From a virus (taxonomy: Duplodnaviria; Heunggongvirae; Uroviricota; Caudoviricetes): a stretch of 64,000 nt of DNA. Shown in pieces: positions 48,280 through 56,193 of the stretch. Under the pieces are notes generated by a model. That model was not told the origin of the DNA, did no database searches, and saw only the letters and a list, made by a program, of their open reading frames with translations. The DNA is taken from positions 52,967 to 116,966 of the IMG/VR virus record IMGVR_UViG_3300014208_000025; one strand, given 5' to 3'. Position 1 is the stretch's first letter, and each line of letters begins with the position of its first letter. The position numbers and the translations under genes were made by a program.

Positions 48280-48648
48280 TTAATCTCTGTAGAACATGTT
48301 CAAAAGATGTTTTTCTTCTTCGGTCAGACCAAATGGAACGAGATTACCTCCGGAATGTTTTACGGATTCATCACTACCATCGGTACTAGCATAGACACCC
48401 ATGTTTTCATTATTCCGTTTCAACTTGTCCACGATTTCTTTCTCTATTTGTTTTTCCGATTCCATTTCACGAATCGCAGATTTCATACCCTCACGCACGG
48501 CTCGTTCCATTGTAACGGATGATTGTTTTTCAACGATGCGTTCCTTTTCAATGATGATGGGTTGGGAAAGTCGTTTGAGCATGAAGTAAAGAATGACGCC
48601 CATGACCGAAACTAAAACCAGTATGATGACCAGATATAACCAAAACAT
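48280..48648 (-). CDS. Membrane-anchored hypothetical protein
   Basis: N-terminal TM helix. Confidence 0.6.
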   Translation of the reverse strand: MFWLYLVIILVLVSVMGVILYFMLKRLSQPIIIEKERIVEKQSSVTMERAVREGMKSAIREMESEKQIEKEIVDKLKRNNENMGVYASTDGSDESVKHSGGNLVPFGLTEEEKHLLNMFYRD

Positions 48649-48650
48649 AT

Positions 48651-49679
48651 TTATACCGCCGGAGCGGAGGCAATAGATTTATTTAACGTATCAAGCTCTT
48701 TTCTCTTATCCAAAATTTTGAATTTCTTATCCTTTAAATCTGCTTCTTTCCATTTCTTATCCGCTTTCAATATTTTGTCTTCTCTTTCGGCAGAAGCTTT
48801 TTGCTTTAATAAGTCTGTTTTGGTTTGTTGGGAAGTAGTAGTATCTGTAGGTAATCCAATATTAGATGTGTTCGGGTCTAAACCAGAAGGTGTCATTGAT
48901 GGCGGAGGCATAAACTCTTCCAACATTTCCTTCACGATTTCCTTGATGGTCTGTTGAAGTTTTTCTTTGTTATCGGTTGGAGGCATCGGAGTCTGTGGTG
49001 GCTTTTCAGTTCTTACCAACGAAGCGAGTGAGGGCATTGCGACTGGTGATTGTTCCGTGTCCGAACTAGAATGAGCCAATTTGAATTTGTTGGTCAATTC
49101 CTGAAACAAACTGATATCAAACCAACCGAAGGCCCACTGAAAGAATTTCTTCTTTTGTTCATCGGTATATTGTGGCGATCCCAAGGCTTTACGAACGTTG
49201 GTCGTAGAAATTGGTTTACCTTCAATCATGTTGTCATCCATAATTTGGACATAACCATGTATTTCAAATGACTTCATGGTTGACTCGTTCCCTCTGTAAG
49301 GTTGGAAATACGAAGGTTTATTATTGTTATCATTCCATACCGGTTTGTTTTCAACTGTAGAAACATGAATACGCAGGGTATCCCATTCTTTTTGGTTGAG
49401 AACGAATACGGCAGTCGTATGTTTGGAAGAGAATTTCTGAAAAATTTCAACAGGGCGATGCCAGTCTTCAACCTTGACGACATGACTAGCAGGAACACCA
49501 TGACGAACCCAGATGTTTTCCTTTTCACCGAAATTCAATGGAGCTTCGGGAGTTGGAGTTTTACTGGTTGTAACTACAAATGTTTCTGGTCCGACCAACT
49601 GCCTCAATTTCTTATAGACATACAAATGTCCACGATGCGGCGGCTGGAAGTTTCCAGGATATATTCCCACGACTTTCAC
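48651..49679 (-). CDS. HIGH-superfamily (cytidylyl/adenylyl)transferase with C-terminal extra module
   Basis: GIYPGNFQPPHRGH, ISTTNVRKAL; GTG start overlapping endonuclease stop. Confidence 0.75.
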   Translation of the reverse strand: MKVVGIYPGNFQPPHRGHLYVYKKLRQLVGPETFVVTTSKTPTPEAPLNFGEKENIWVRHGVPASHVVKVEDWHRPVEIFQKFSSKHTTAVFVLNQKEWDTLRIHVSTVENKPVWNDNNNKPSYFQPYRGNESTMKSFEIHGYVQIMDDNMIEGKPISTTNVRKALGSPQYTDEQKKKFFQWAFGWFDISLFQELTNKFKLAHSSSDTEQSPVAMPSLASLVRTEKPPQTPMPPTDNKEKLQQTIKEIVKEMLEEFMPPPSMTPSGLDPNTSNIGLPTDTTTSQQTKTDLLKQKASAEREDKILKADKKWKEADLKDKKFKILDKRKELDTLNKSIASAPAV

Positions 49680-50428
49680 AAAATTTCCTTTTTCAATTTT
49701 CTTAATACCCAAGATTTTTTAATATTATCTCTATGTTTTTGCCTATTTTCTTCACTCATATTCTTATATCCTTCACTAACCGAACCTCCATGTAATTTTT
49801 TTACTACATCATTTTCGTAAAATTTTTTCATTGATTGACTTTTTTTCTTTTTACTTTCATCCGATTGATGCGTTCCTTGTAAATGATTATTTCCTTTATG
49901 AGAGTCACTCATTTTTCTTTTTGTTTCTTCGGTATGTTTTTTTCCAAACATGGGATGATTTTCTCCCTGTTTTATCATACTTAATTTTTTTCTAGTTTCT
50001 ATTGATAATGTTTTTCCAAACATAGGATGATTAGACCCACTATTTATATCGCTTAACAATTTTTTTGTTTCTTTACTACGAATCTTTCCTCTATTGCCAT
50101 CACCTATTCTTTTTCTGGTTTCTGAATTCATTTCTATTTTACCAGCAACCAATGACAAATTATACAACTTTTCCGATTTCTTAAAATCATCAATGTATTT
50201 TTGTTCGGTGGTTAACAAATCAGATTCATTACAAACTTCAACGATTGAAAAGATAAAACTCTTTTCTCCATGTTTGTTCCACGACCGTTGAAGATAACAG
50301 TTGTCATGAGTATTATGTCTTAGTCTTTTCTTATGGTCTATCCATCTCCGTTTAATGTTGTTACTGCTACCAAAATAATGTTTTCCATTAACCACGTTTG
50401 TTATTTCATAAACTCCTATGATTTTCAT
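49676..50428 (-). CDS. GIY-YIG homing endonuclease with NUMOD3 repeats
   Basis: GVYEITNVVNGKHYFGSS; HPMFGK repeats. Confidence 0.9.
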   Translation of the reverse strand: MKIIGVYEITNVVNGKHYFGSSNNIKRRWIDHKKRLRHNTHDNCYLQRSWNKHGEKSFIFSIVEVCNESDLLTTEQKYIDDFKKSEKLYNLSLVAGKIEMNSETRKRIGDGNRGKIRSKETKKLLSDINSGSNHPMFGKTLSIETRKKLSMIKQGENHPMFGKKHTEETKRKMSDSHKGNNHLQGTHQSDESKKKKSQSMKKFYENDVVKKLHGGSVSEGYKNMSEENRQKHRDNIKKSWVLRKLKKEIL

Positions 50429-50429
50429 G

Positions 50430-50828
50430 TTATTTTATAGATTTCAGAAATTTATCTATACCTTGTTTTCCATATCTTTGTATGAATTCATCAAATGCTC
50501 GCTGACATTCTTCATTTTCACAATCGGAATGAACATACTCCGATTGCGGAGGTTGTTCATTTGGCCAATAAACTGGATGTGGAATTTTGTCGGCACCAGT
50601 TTTACCACACAACCCACAAACATCATCAACATTTTCTTTTACAAAAGGAGTTCTTTTTGTTAATCTTGGGTCGGTTAAAGCATCCCGTTCCGGTTTAATA
50701 TAAGTTCCACCCACGGCAGTCTGTTGAGATTCATATGAACCACCACCCATAGTTGGTTCACTATTGTCTTCATTTACAAGAGTGGTCAAGACTTCCTTGA
50801 TAAGTTGTTTGAGTTGAAATTCCTTCAT
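50430..50828 (-). CDS. Hypothetical modular protein with helix/E motif
   Basis: MKEFQLKQLIKEVL...VNE; FVKE then CGLC module. Confidence 0.6.
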   Translation of the reverse strand: MKEFQLKQLIKEVLTTLVNEDNSEPTMGGGSYESQQTAVGGTYIKPERDALTDPRLTKRTPFVKENVDDVCGLCGKTGADKIPHPVYWPNEQPPQSEYVHSDCENEECQRAFDEFIQRYGKQGIDKFLKSIK

Positions 50829-50842
50829 ATCTATAAATATCC

Positions 50843-51463
50843 TTACGTTTTCCATTCTTCACCATCTTTATCTTTGGTGGCTCCGCCTCTTAATACCGCC
50901 CATGTCTTATGAAGGGTTTCAGCCGCATCTTGTTTGGTCTTAAATTTATTCTTGCCGCCTTGTTTGATACGTTTCTTGCCTTCGGGAGTATCCACCATAC
51001 GAATGACATAACCATCATGGGCCGATTCAATGAGGCCCAAGTAAACCGTTCCGTAGGAAACGTCAACCGGCGTTCCAAAGCCTGATATGTTGGCGAGCCA
51101 TTTGAATTCGTCGAATTTGTAGGTCATTTTAGATTCTTTAACAATATCTCTTTTAATAGCATTTTTTTCAATGTTCCATATCTCTATACGCCGGCGATCT
51201 ATAAGATGTTCAAATCTATGATTTCTTAGCCAAAATTCAGATTTTCTTCCAAATTTTCTACTTCTTCTAATATCTTCGGGAGATACAACTTGACTCCCCA
51301 TATATGTAAAATTCATACTCGCAAGAACGTCACCGATACCTTGATTATATTCATGAACCAAAATATCCAAATCATTTTCTGATTTACCTTTAGTTTTAAC
51401 CGAACCTACTATTCTACCACCAATTTTTTCAGCATACGGTTTAGATTCTTGATATGTCCACAT
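50843..51463 (-). CDS. Minimal Pol-beta-type nucleotidyltransferase plus second module
   Basis: IVGSVKTKGKSENDLDILV; IVKE junction. Confidence 0.6.
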   Translation of the reverse strand: MWTYQESKPYAEKIGGRIVGSVKTKGKSENDLDILVHEYNQGIGDVLASMNFTYMGSQVVSPEDIRRSRKFGRKSEFWLRNHRFEHLIDRRRIEIWNIEKNAIKRDIVKESKMTYKFDEFKWLANISGFGTPVDVSYGTVYLGLIESAHDGYVIRMVDTPEGKKRIKQGGKNKFKTKQDAAETLHKTWAVLRGGATKDKDGEEWKT

Positions 51464-51474
51464 AGATATAAATA

Positions 51475-52317
51475 TCAATCAAAATTCAAGGATGGATGGT
51501 ATTTCTGATGACAATCACCACACAATGTTACTCCTGATACTTTTTGTTGAATGTGGTAATCTACAACAGCATCAGATATCATCTTTTTTATTTCAAAATC
51601 TTTCAACATTTCTTCGGTAACTTCTACGAGATGTTTTTTGATGATTTCAGACATATATTCTTTATCGTGATGAATATGAAGTTTTCCATTCGATTCTCCA
51701 CATTCTTTACATCTAAACCCATCTCTTACCAAAATTGGAAATTTCCATTCTTTGTAAAGGCGTCGGTCAGCATATACTGTTGGATAAATGTTACTTCTTC
51801 CATCTATCCATTGGGAATGTTGCGACCCATGTAAAGTAGGAACAATTCCATTCAATCTATTTTTATGCATCAGTTCCTCACGGCGTTTTAATTCCTGTGG
51901 GTTTGATTGAATGCCTTCTGACGTTTTTATCCCATTAACTTTTACACGAACATCCGATTCTTTTGTTAGTCCCGAATTCCACGTTGTAAGTTCTCCGGAA
52001 TTGAATTTCTTGATTCGGGTTTCCAAGGATTTTTTTAATGCTTCTGGGTTGTTTCCCCAGTTATTCGTTACACGACTCTGATGCCCAGCAACATATCGTC
52101 TAAACCCTTTAAGTTGATGTGACCATTTTACTTGATTTTCACATCCACATTGACACATTGGCCATTTTCCATCTAAATAAAAATCAACATAGAATTGAGT
52201 AGAATTTATTTTGTGTTGACGACTAACGTGCCTTCTCAAAGCATCATAGGATTTGAATCTAACACGTAATGGGTTGTTATCTTTGGTGTCGTTACATTGT
52301 TTACATTCGTATTCCAT
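51475..52317 (-). CDS. HNH homing endonuclease with N-terminal C2H2 finger
   Basis: CKQC...HVSRQH; CQCGC; CKECG...LHIHH...TLCGDCHQKYH. Confidence 0.85.
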   Translation of the reverse strand: MEYECKQCNDTKDNNPLRVRFKSYDALRRHVSRQHKINSTQFYVDFYLDGKWPMCQCGCENQVKWSHQLKGFRRYVAGHQSRVTNNWGNNPEALKKSLETRIKKFNSGELTTWNSGLTKESDVRVKVNGIKTSEGIQSNPQELKRREELMHKNRLNGIVPTLHGSQHSQWIDGRSNIYPTVYADRRLYKEWKFPILVRDGFRCKECGESNGKLHIHHDKEYMSEIIKKHLVEVTEEMLKDFEIKKMISDAVVDYHIQQKVSGVTLCGDCHQKYHPSLNFD

Positions 52318-52322
52318 AAATC

Positions 52323-52359
52323 AAACTCTCCTTACCACCATAAGTAGTAAGGAGAGTTT
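52323..52359 (-). promoter_or_regulatory. RBS-sequestering hairpin with TACTTAT at its apex
   Basis: 13-bp perfect stem AAACTCTCCTTAC/GTAAGGAGAGTTT (17 bp with G-U) containing AAGGAG. Confidence 0.75.
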
Positions 52360-52417
52360 TGAAAGGATGATTATTCTTTTCAACGATAACGCCCTATTAG
52401 CGTTATCATTCAGTAGG

Positions 52418-52909
52418 TTAATATTGCAGGATGCAATAATCGTAACTGAGTGTCACGGTAATTCCAAGTGGGTCGCCGGTGTTTGTCCAGTCAAGCGATT
52501 GGAAATCCAAATCAGTTGGGAATGCACCTTTGTAGGTCCATTCTTCTACCTTGTCACCGACAGGCCCAAGAACATTAACGGTAATGTCTTTCTTGTAGAA
52601 ATCCATATACCCGTCACGTCCCGTTACGGACTCGTGTGAAAGTCGGAGCCACTCCATTACCGCTTGGGCACCCGAAGGAACAATCGGATCATACAACTCC
52701 ATTGTGACTGGTTGCCAAATCGTCTTGCCCTTGTAATAACGTTGTAAGTTGATATGGTCAAGAGCTTTTCTTTCGCTGGAAACCTTTGGTCGGTCAACCT
52801 TGCGAATGACGAATGATGGTATTCCGTCAAGATACATGATGAAACGATGTTGAGTCTTTGGTTCAAAGGCCGTCCAAAATATTTCGTTCGAATTTAACAG
52901 GTCAGCCAT
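52418..52909 (-). CDS. Tail tube protein (T4 gp19-like)
   Basis: FEPKTQHRF, W.PVTMELYDP, SGAQAVMEW, GRDGYMDFYKKD, TLSYDY. Confidence 0.9.
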   Translation of the reverse strand: MADLLNSNEIFWTAFEPKTQHRFIMYLDGIPSFVIRKVDRPKVSSERKALDHINLQRYYKGKTIWQPVTMELYDPIVPSGAQAVMEWLRLSHESVTGRDGYMDFYKKDITVNVLGPVGDKVEEWTYKGAFPTDLDFQSLDWTNTGDPLGITVTLSYDYCILQY

Positions 52910-52977
52910 AAAATTATCCTTTTTGAATTGATTATGATGTGTGTCATCGTATAATAACTATTTCAAAAAATAAAAAA

Positions 52978-53005
52978 TTGACACTATTCGACGTTTTTGT
53001 ATAAT
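52978..53005 (+). promoter_or_regulatory. Consensus sigma70 promoter
   Basis: TTGACA-N16-TATAAT. Confidence 0.75.
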
Positions 53006-53032
53006 TATGAACAGCATTCAAACCATATACAT

Positions 53033-54499
53033 ATGAAACCTAAAATTTGTCCAACCTGTAATACGGAATTTCCACCTAAAAGAACAAGTCAGCAACACTG
53101 TTCTAAAACATGCGGACAATTAAACCCTGCCACTAAAGAAAAAATTGTTTGTAGTCAAAAAATAACAAGTCAAAAAAAATACGGTGTTGACCATCCAATG
53201 AAAACTTCGGAGGTGGTTTCTAATTTCAAAAAATCTATGATTCAAAAATATGGTGTTGAACATGCTTTACAAAATCCCACATTCATAAAAAAATCATTTG
53301 ATACAAAAACAGAAAGATACGGAGATGGAAATTACAATAATGAAGAACAAATGAAACAAACTTGTTTGAAATTATATGGTGTTGATAATGCTAGAAAATC
53401 TAAAAATATAATTGAACAATGTAACGAAACGATTAGGAAAAAACACTATCAATATTTAACAGATTACAGTAAACTTAAAAACATACAATTGCTTTTTTCT
53501 GAGAGAGATTATACTGGATATCATTTCGGAAAAAAATATAGATTCAAATGTTTAACATGTTTAAAAGAATTTGAAACTGATGTTTACAAACCCCATCATA
53601 TTTTTTGCGAGATTTGTAATCCCACGGATGCGGACACTTTGGAGAATGAAATATTCAAATATGTAGCATCTCTTCTTCCAAGTTCTACTATTATAAAACG
53701 AAACGACCGAACAATTCTTCTTGGAAAAGAACTGGACATTTACATTCCCACATTAAAATTAGCTATAGAAATAAACGGTTTGTATTGGCATTCTGAAAGC
53801 GGCCGGGGCATCAACAAAAACTATCATCTAAACAAATACAAAAATTCGTTATTTCATGGAGTCCGACTAATTCATATATTTGAAAACGAGTGGATTCACA
53901 AGAAAGAAATAATACAATCCATACTTAGAAATACATTAAAATCAAATGTAAATAAACTTTATGCTAGACAATGTATCATAAAAGTTGTTTCTTCTACTGA
54001 AAAACAAAAATTTTTAACTACAAACCATATTCAAGGAAACGATAAATCATCAACTTCTTTTGGGTTGTATAATAATGGTGAACTCGTTTCTATTATGACA
54101 TTCGGGAAATCACGGTTCGATAAAAAAATAGAATATGAAATGATTCGATATTGTAATAAACTTAATTGTTCGGTTATCGGAGGAGCATCTAAATTATTTA
54201 AACATTTTTTGAAGACTGTCAAACCAAATTCAATATTGAGTTATTCTGACAAAAGGTTTTTCAGTGGAAATATTTATGGAAATTTAGGCTTTGAGTTTAA
54301 TTCCAATACTCCCCCAAATTATCACTATATCAGTAACGATTACAAAACTCTTTATAGTAGAATGTCATTTCAAAAACACAAACTTAAATCTATATTGCCT
54401 ATTTTTGATGAAACGCTTTCAGAATGGGAAAATATGAAAAATAATGGATATGATAGAATCTGGGATTGTGGACATACCAAATGGGTGTTCAAATCTTAG
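53033..54499 (+). CDS. Hef-like homing endonuclease with C-terminal Mom-like GNAT domain
   Basis: KYGV repeats; ELDIY...AIEINGLYWH...HIFENEW; ELVSIMTFG...GGASKLF...SYSD...IWDCG. Confidence 0.75.
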   Translation: MKPKICPTCNTEFPPKRTSQQHCSKTCGQLNPATKEKIVCSQKITSQKKYGVDHPMKTSEVVSNFKKSMIQKYGVEHALQNPTFIKKSFDTKTERYGDGNYNNEEQMKQTCLKLYGVDNARKSKNIIEQCNETIRKKHYQYLTDYSKLKNIQLLFSERDYTGYHFGKKYRFKCLTCLKEFETDVYKPHHIFCEICNPTDADTLENEIFKYVASLLPSSTIIKRNDRTILLGKELDIYIPTLKLAIEINGLYWHSESGRGINKNYHLNKYKNSLFHGVRLIHIFENEWIHKKEIIQSILRNTLKSNVNKLYARQCIIKVVSSTEKQKFLTTNHIQGNDKSSTSFGLYNNGELVSIMTFGKSRFDKKIEYEMIRYCNKLNCSVIGGASKLFKHFLKTVKPNSILSYSDKRFFSGNIYGNLGFEFNSNTPPNYHYISNDYKTLYSRMSFQKHKLKSILPIFDETLSEWENMKNNGYDRIWDCGHTKWVFKS

Positions 54500-54520
54500 A
54501 ATCGATGAACTACCCACCCG

Positions 54521-55717
54521 CTAAAGCAGGTGGGTTTCCGCTCCAACCAATTGCCCATTATTTCTAATAGGTCTTACATCAGGACAAGCGACTAACCTCG
54601 TAGTTCCTACGATTAAATTACTTCCTTGTTTAAGGATATTCAGTGAGGCATTCAAATCTCTATCCAAGTTCTTTTGGCATCGTGGGCATTCCCATTCTCG
54701 TTGGTCTAATGTTAGACCTTCGTTAATGTATCCACAATGATTACAGGTTTTAGAGGATGGAAAGTATCGGTCAATCTTAACAACCTTTCTTCCATACCAA
54801 CCCGCTTTATAGGTTATCTGTCTCACAAGTTCTCCCCAAGAAGCATCTCCAATAGATTTAGATAGGCAATGATTAGACATCATATTCTTCACGGACAAAT
54901 CTTCCAGACAGATTACTTGATTTTCGTTAATCAGTTTAGATGTTATTTGGTGAAGGTGATTATGACGGATGTTGGCAATCTTTACTTGGACTTTACCAAC
55001 TTTCAATCGTGCTTTGTCTCTACCTTTGGAACCTTTCTTGGTTCTACTCAACTCTTTCTGTCTCAATCTTAATTGTTTTTCATATTGTTTTGTTGTCTTT
55101 ATGTTTGGAAATGTTTGTCCGTCAGAGCATACGACCAATGACTTAATACCTAAATCTATTCCAATCATTCTATCGGTTTTAGGTTTGGGTTCAATGGTTC
55201 GGGTCACTCCAATACAAGCATAGTATTGTCCTGCTTTGTTTCGGGTGATGGTAGCATAGTTAATATCACCTTCAATCTCACGATGTAGGTCAATCTTAAT
55301 GCCTTCCTTAAACTTTGGAAAGTGTATTCGTTTGTTCTCAATGGTGACGAATTGTGGAATACGAAATGACTGCTTATTCTTCTTGGACTTAAATCTTGGG
55401 AACTTGGCAAGTTTCTTAAAGAAACGATTGTATGCTCCGTCCAAATGTTTTATGGCGTGTTGTAGTGATTGTGAATTACATTCATTCAACCATTCAGTTT
55501 CTTCTTTGGACTTAATCTGTGTGAGTTCCTTTGCCATATCCACATAAGTCAATGTTTTCTTGGCAAGTTGTTTTTCTTTCGCTTCGAGATAGAACTTGGT
55601 TCTCCTGTCAAGGAATAGGTTATAGACAAAACGAATACAACCAAAGTGTTTGGACAACAGGACTTCTTGTTCCTTTGTAGGAGTTAAGCGAAGTTTGTAT
55701 GTGTATTCCTGTTTCAT
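54521..55717 (-). CDS. tnpB: RNA-guided endonuclease TnpB
   Basis: HTH (LLSKHFGCIRFVYN), RuvC GIDLG, LEDL, DRDLNA, Zn ribbon CNHC..CPRC. Confidence 0.95.
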   Translation of the reverse strand: MKQEYTYKLRLTPTKEQEVLLSKHFGCIRFVYNLFLDRRTKFYLEAKEKQLAKKTLTYVDMAKELTQIKSKEETEWLNECNSQSLQHAIKHLDGAYNRFFKKLAKFPRFKSKKNKQSFRIPQFVTIENKRIHFPKFKEGIKIDLHREIEGDINYATITRNKAGQYYACIGVTRTIEPKPKTDRMIGIDLGIKSLVVCSDGQTFPNIKTTKQYEKQLRLRQKELSRTKKGSKGRDKARLKVGKVQVKIANIRHNHLHQITSKLINENQVICLEDLSVKNMMSNHCLSKSIGDASWGELVRQITYKAGWYGRKVVKIDRYFPSSKTCNHCGYINEGLTLDQREWECPRCQKNLDRDLNASLNILKQGSNLIVGTTRLVACPDVRPIRNNGQLVGAETHLL

Positions 55718-56115
55718 CCTTGTGATTTAATGTATTCCAAAATGGTTTGGGTAGAGACATCTCCCGTAGAACATACAAAATATCCATCTGACCAGAAAGT
55801 GTGTTTCTTCCAAAAATGTTGTTTCAACTCATTAGAATAATGTTTCCATATATTCCAAGTGGTTTCTTGTTTAAGATATTGAACTAACGATGTAGGAGAA
55901 AGAGTAGGTGGAACATCAACTAACAAATGGACATGGTCTGTGTCGGTATTCATCATATCCACAACGACATCATTCTTTTTACAGACATCCATACAAAACT
56001 GCTTAATATCATCAGCAATCATTCCTACAAGGATTGACTTACGATATTTACAAACGAAAACAAGATGTAGTTTTAATAGATACTTGCTTCTGTTCTTTGT
56101 ATGGTATTTCTTCAT
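55714..56115 (-). CDS. tnpA: Y1 HUH transposase TnpA
   Basis: LHLVFVCKYR, DHVHLLV, FWSDGYF, EYIKSQ. Confidence 0.95.
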   Translation of the reverse strand: MKKYHTKNRSKYLLKLHLVFVCKYRKSILVGMIADDIKQFCMDVCKKNDVVVDMMNTDTDHVHLLVDVPPTLSPTSLVQYLKQETTWNIWKHYSNELKQHFWKKHTFWSDGYFVCSTGDVSTQTILEYIKSQG

Positions 56116-56193
56116 CTGTTAATACATATATTCCAAAAGTGAAAAGAGTATAACATATTTGGAATTATTTTCAAGTTATTATATTGTCACCAT

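Noticed and set aside
52385-52407. GATAACGC/GCGTTATC hairpin after the tail tube gene as a terminator
   Set aside because: Stem is real but there is no U-tract on the minus strand; could be a processing or stability element.
54521-55717. Cas12-type CRISPR effector
   Set aside because: 398 aa, adjacent tnpA, IS end hairpins and no repeat-spacer array: ordinary TnpB.
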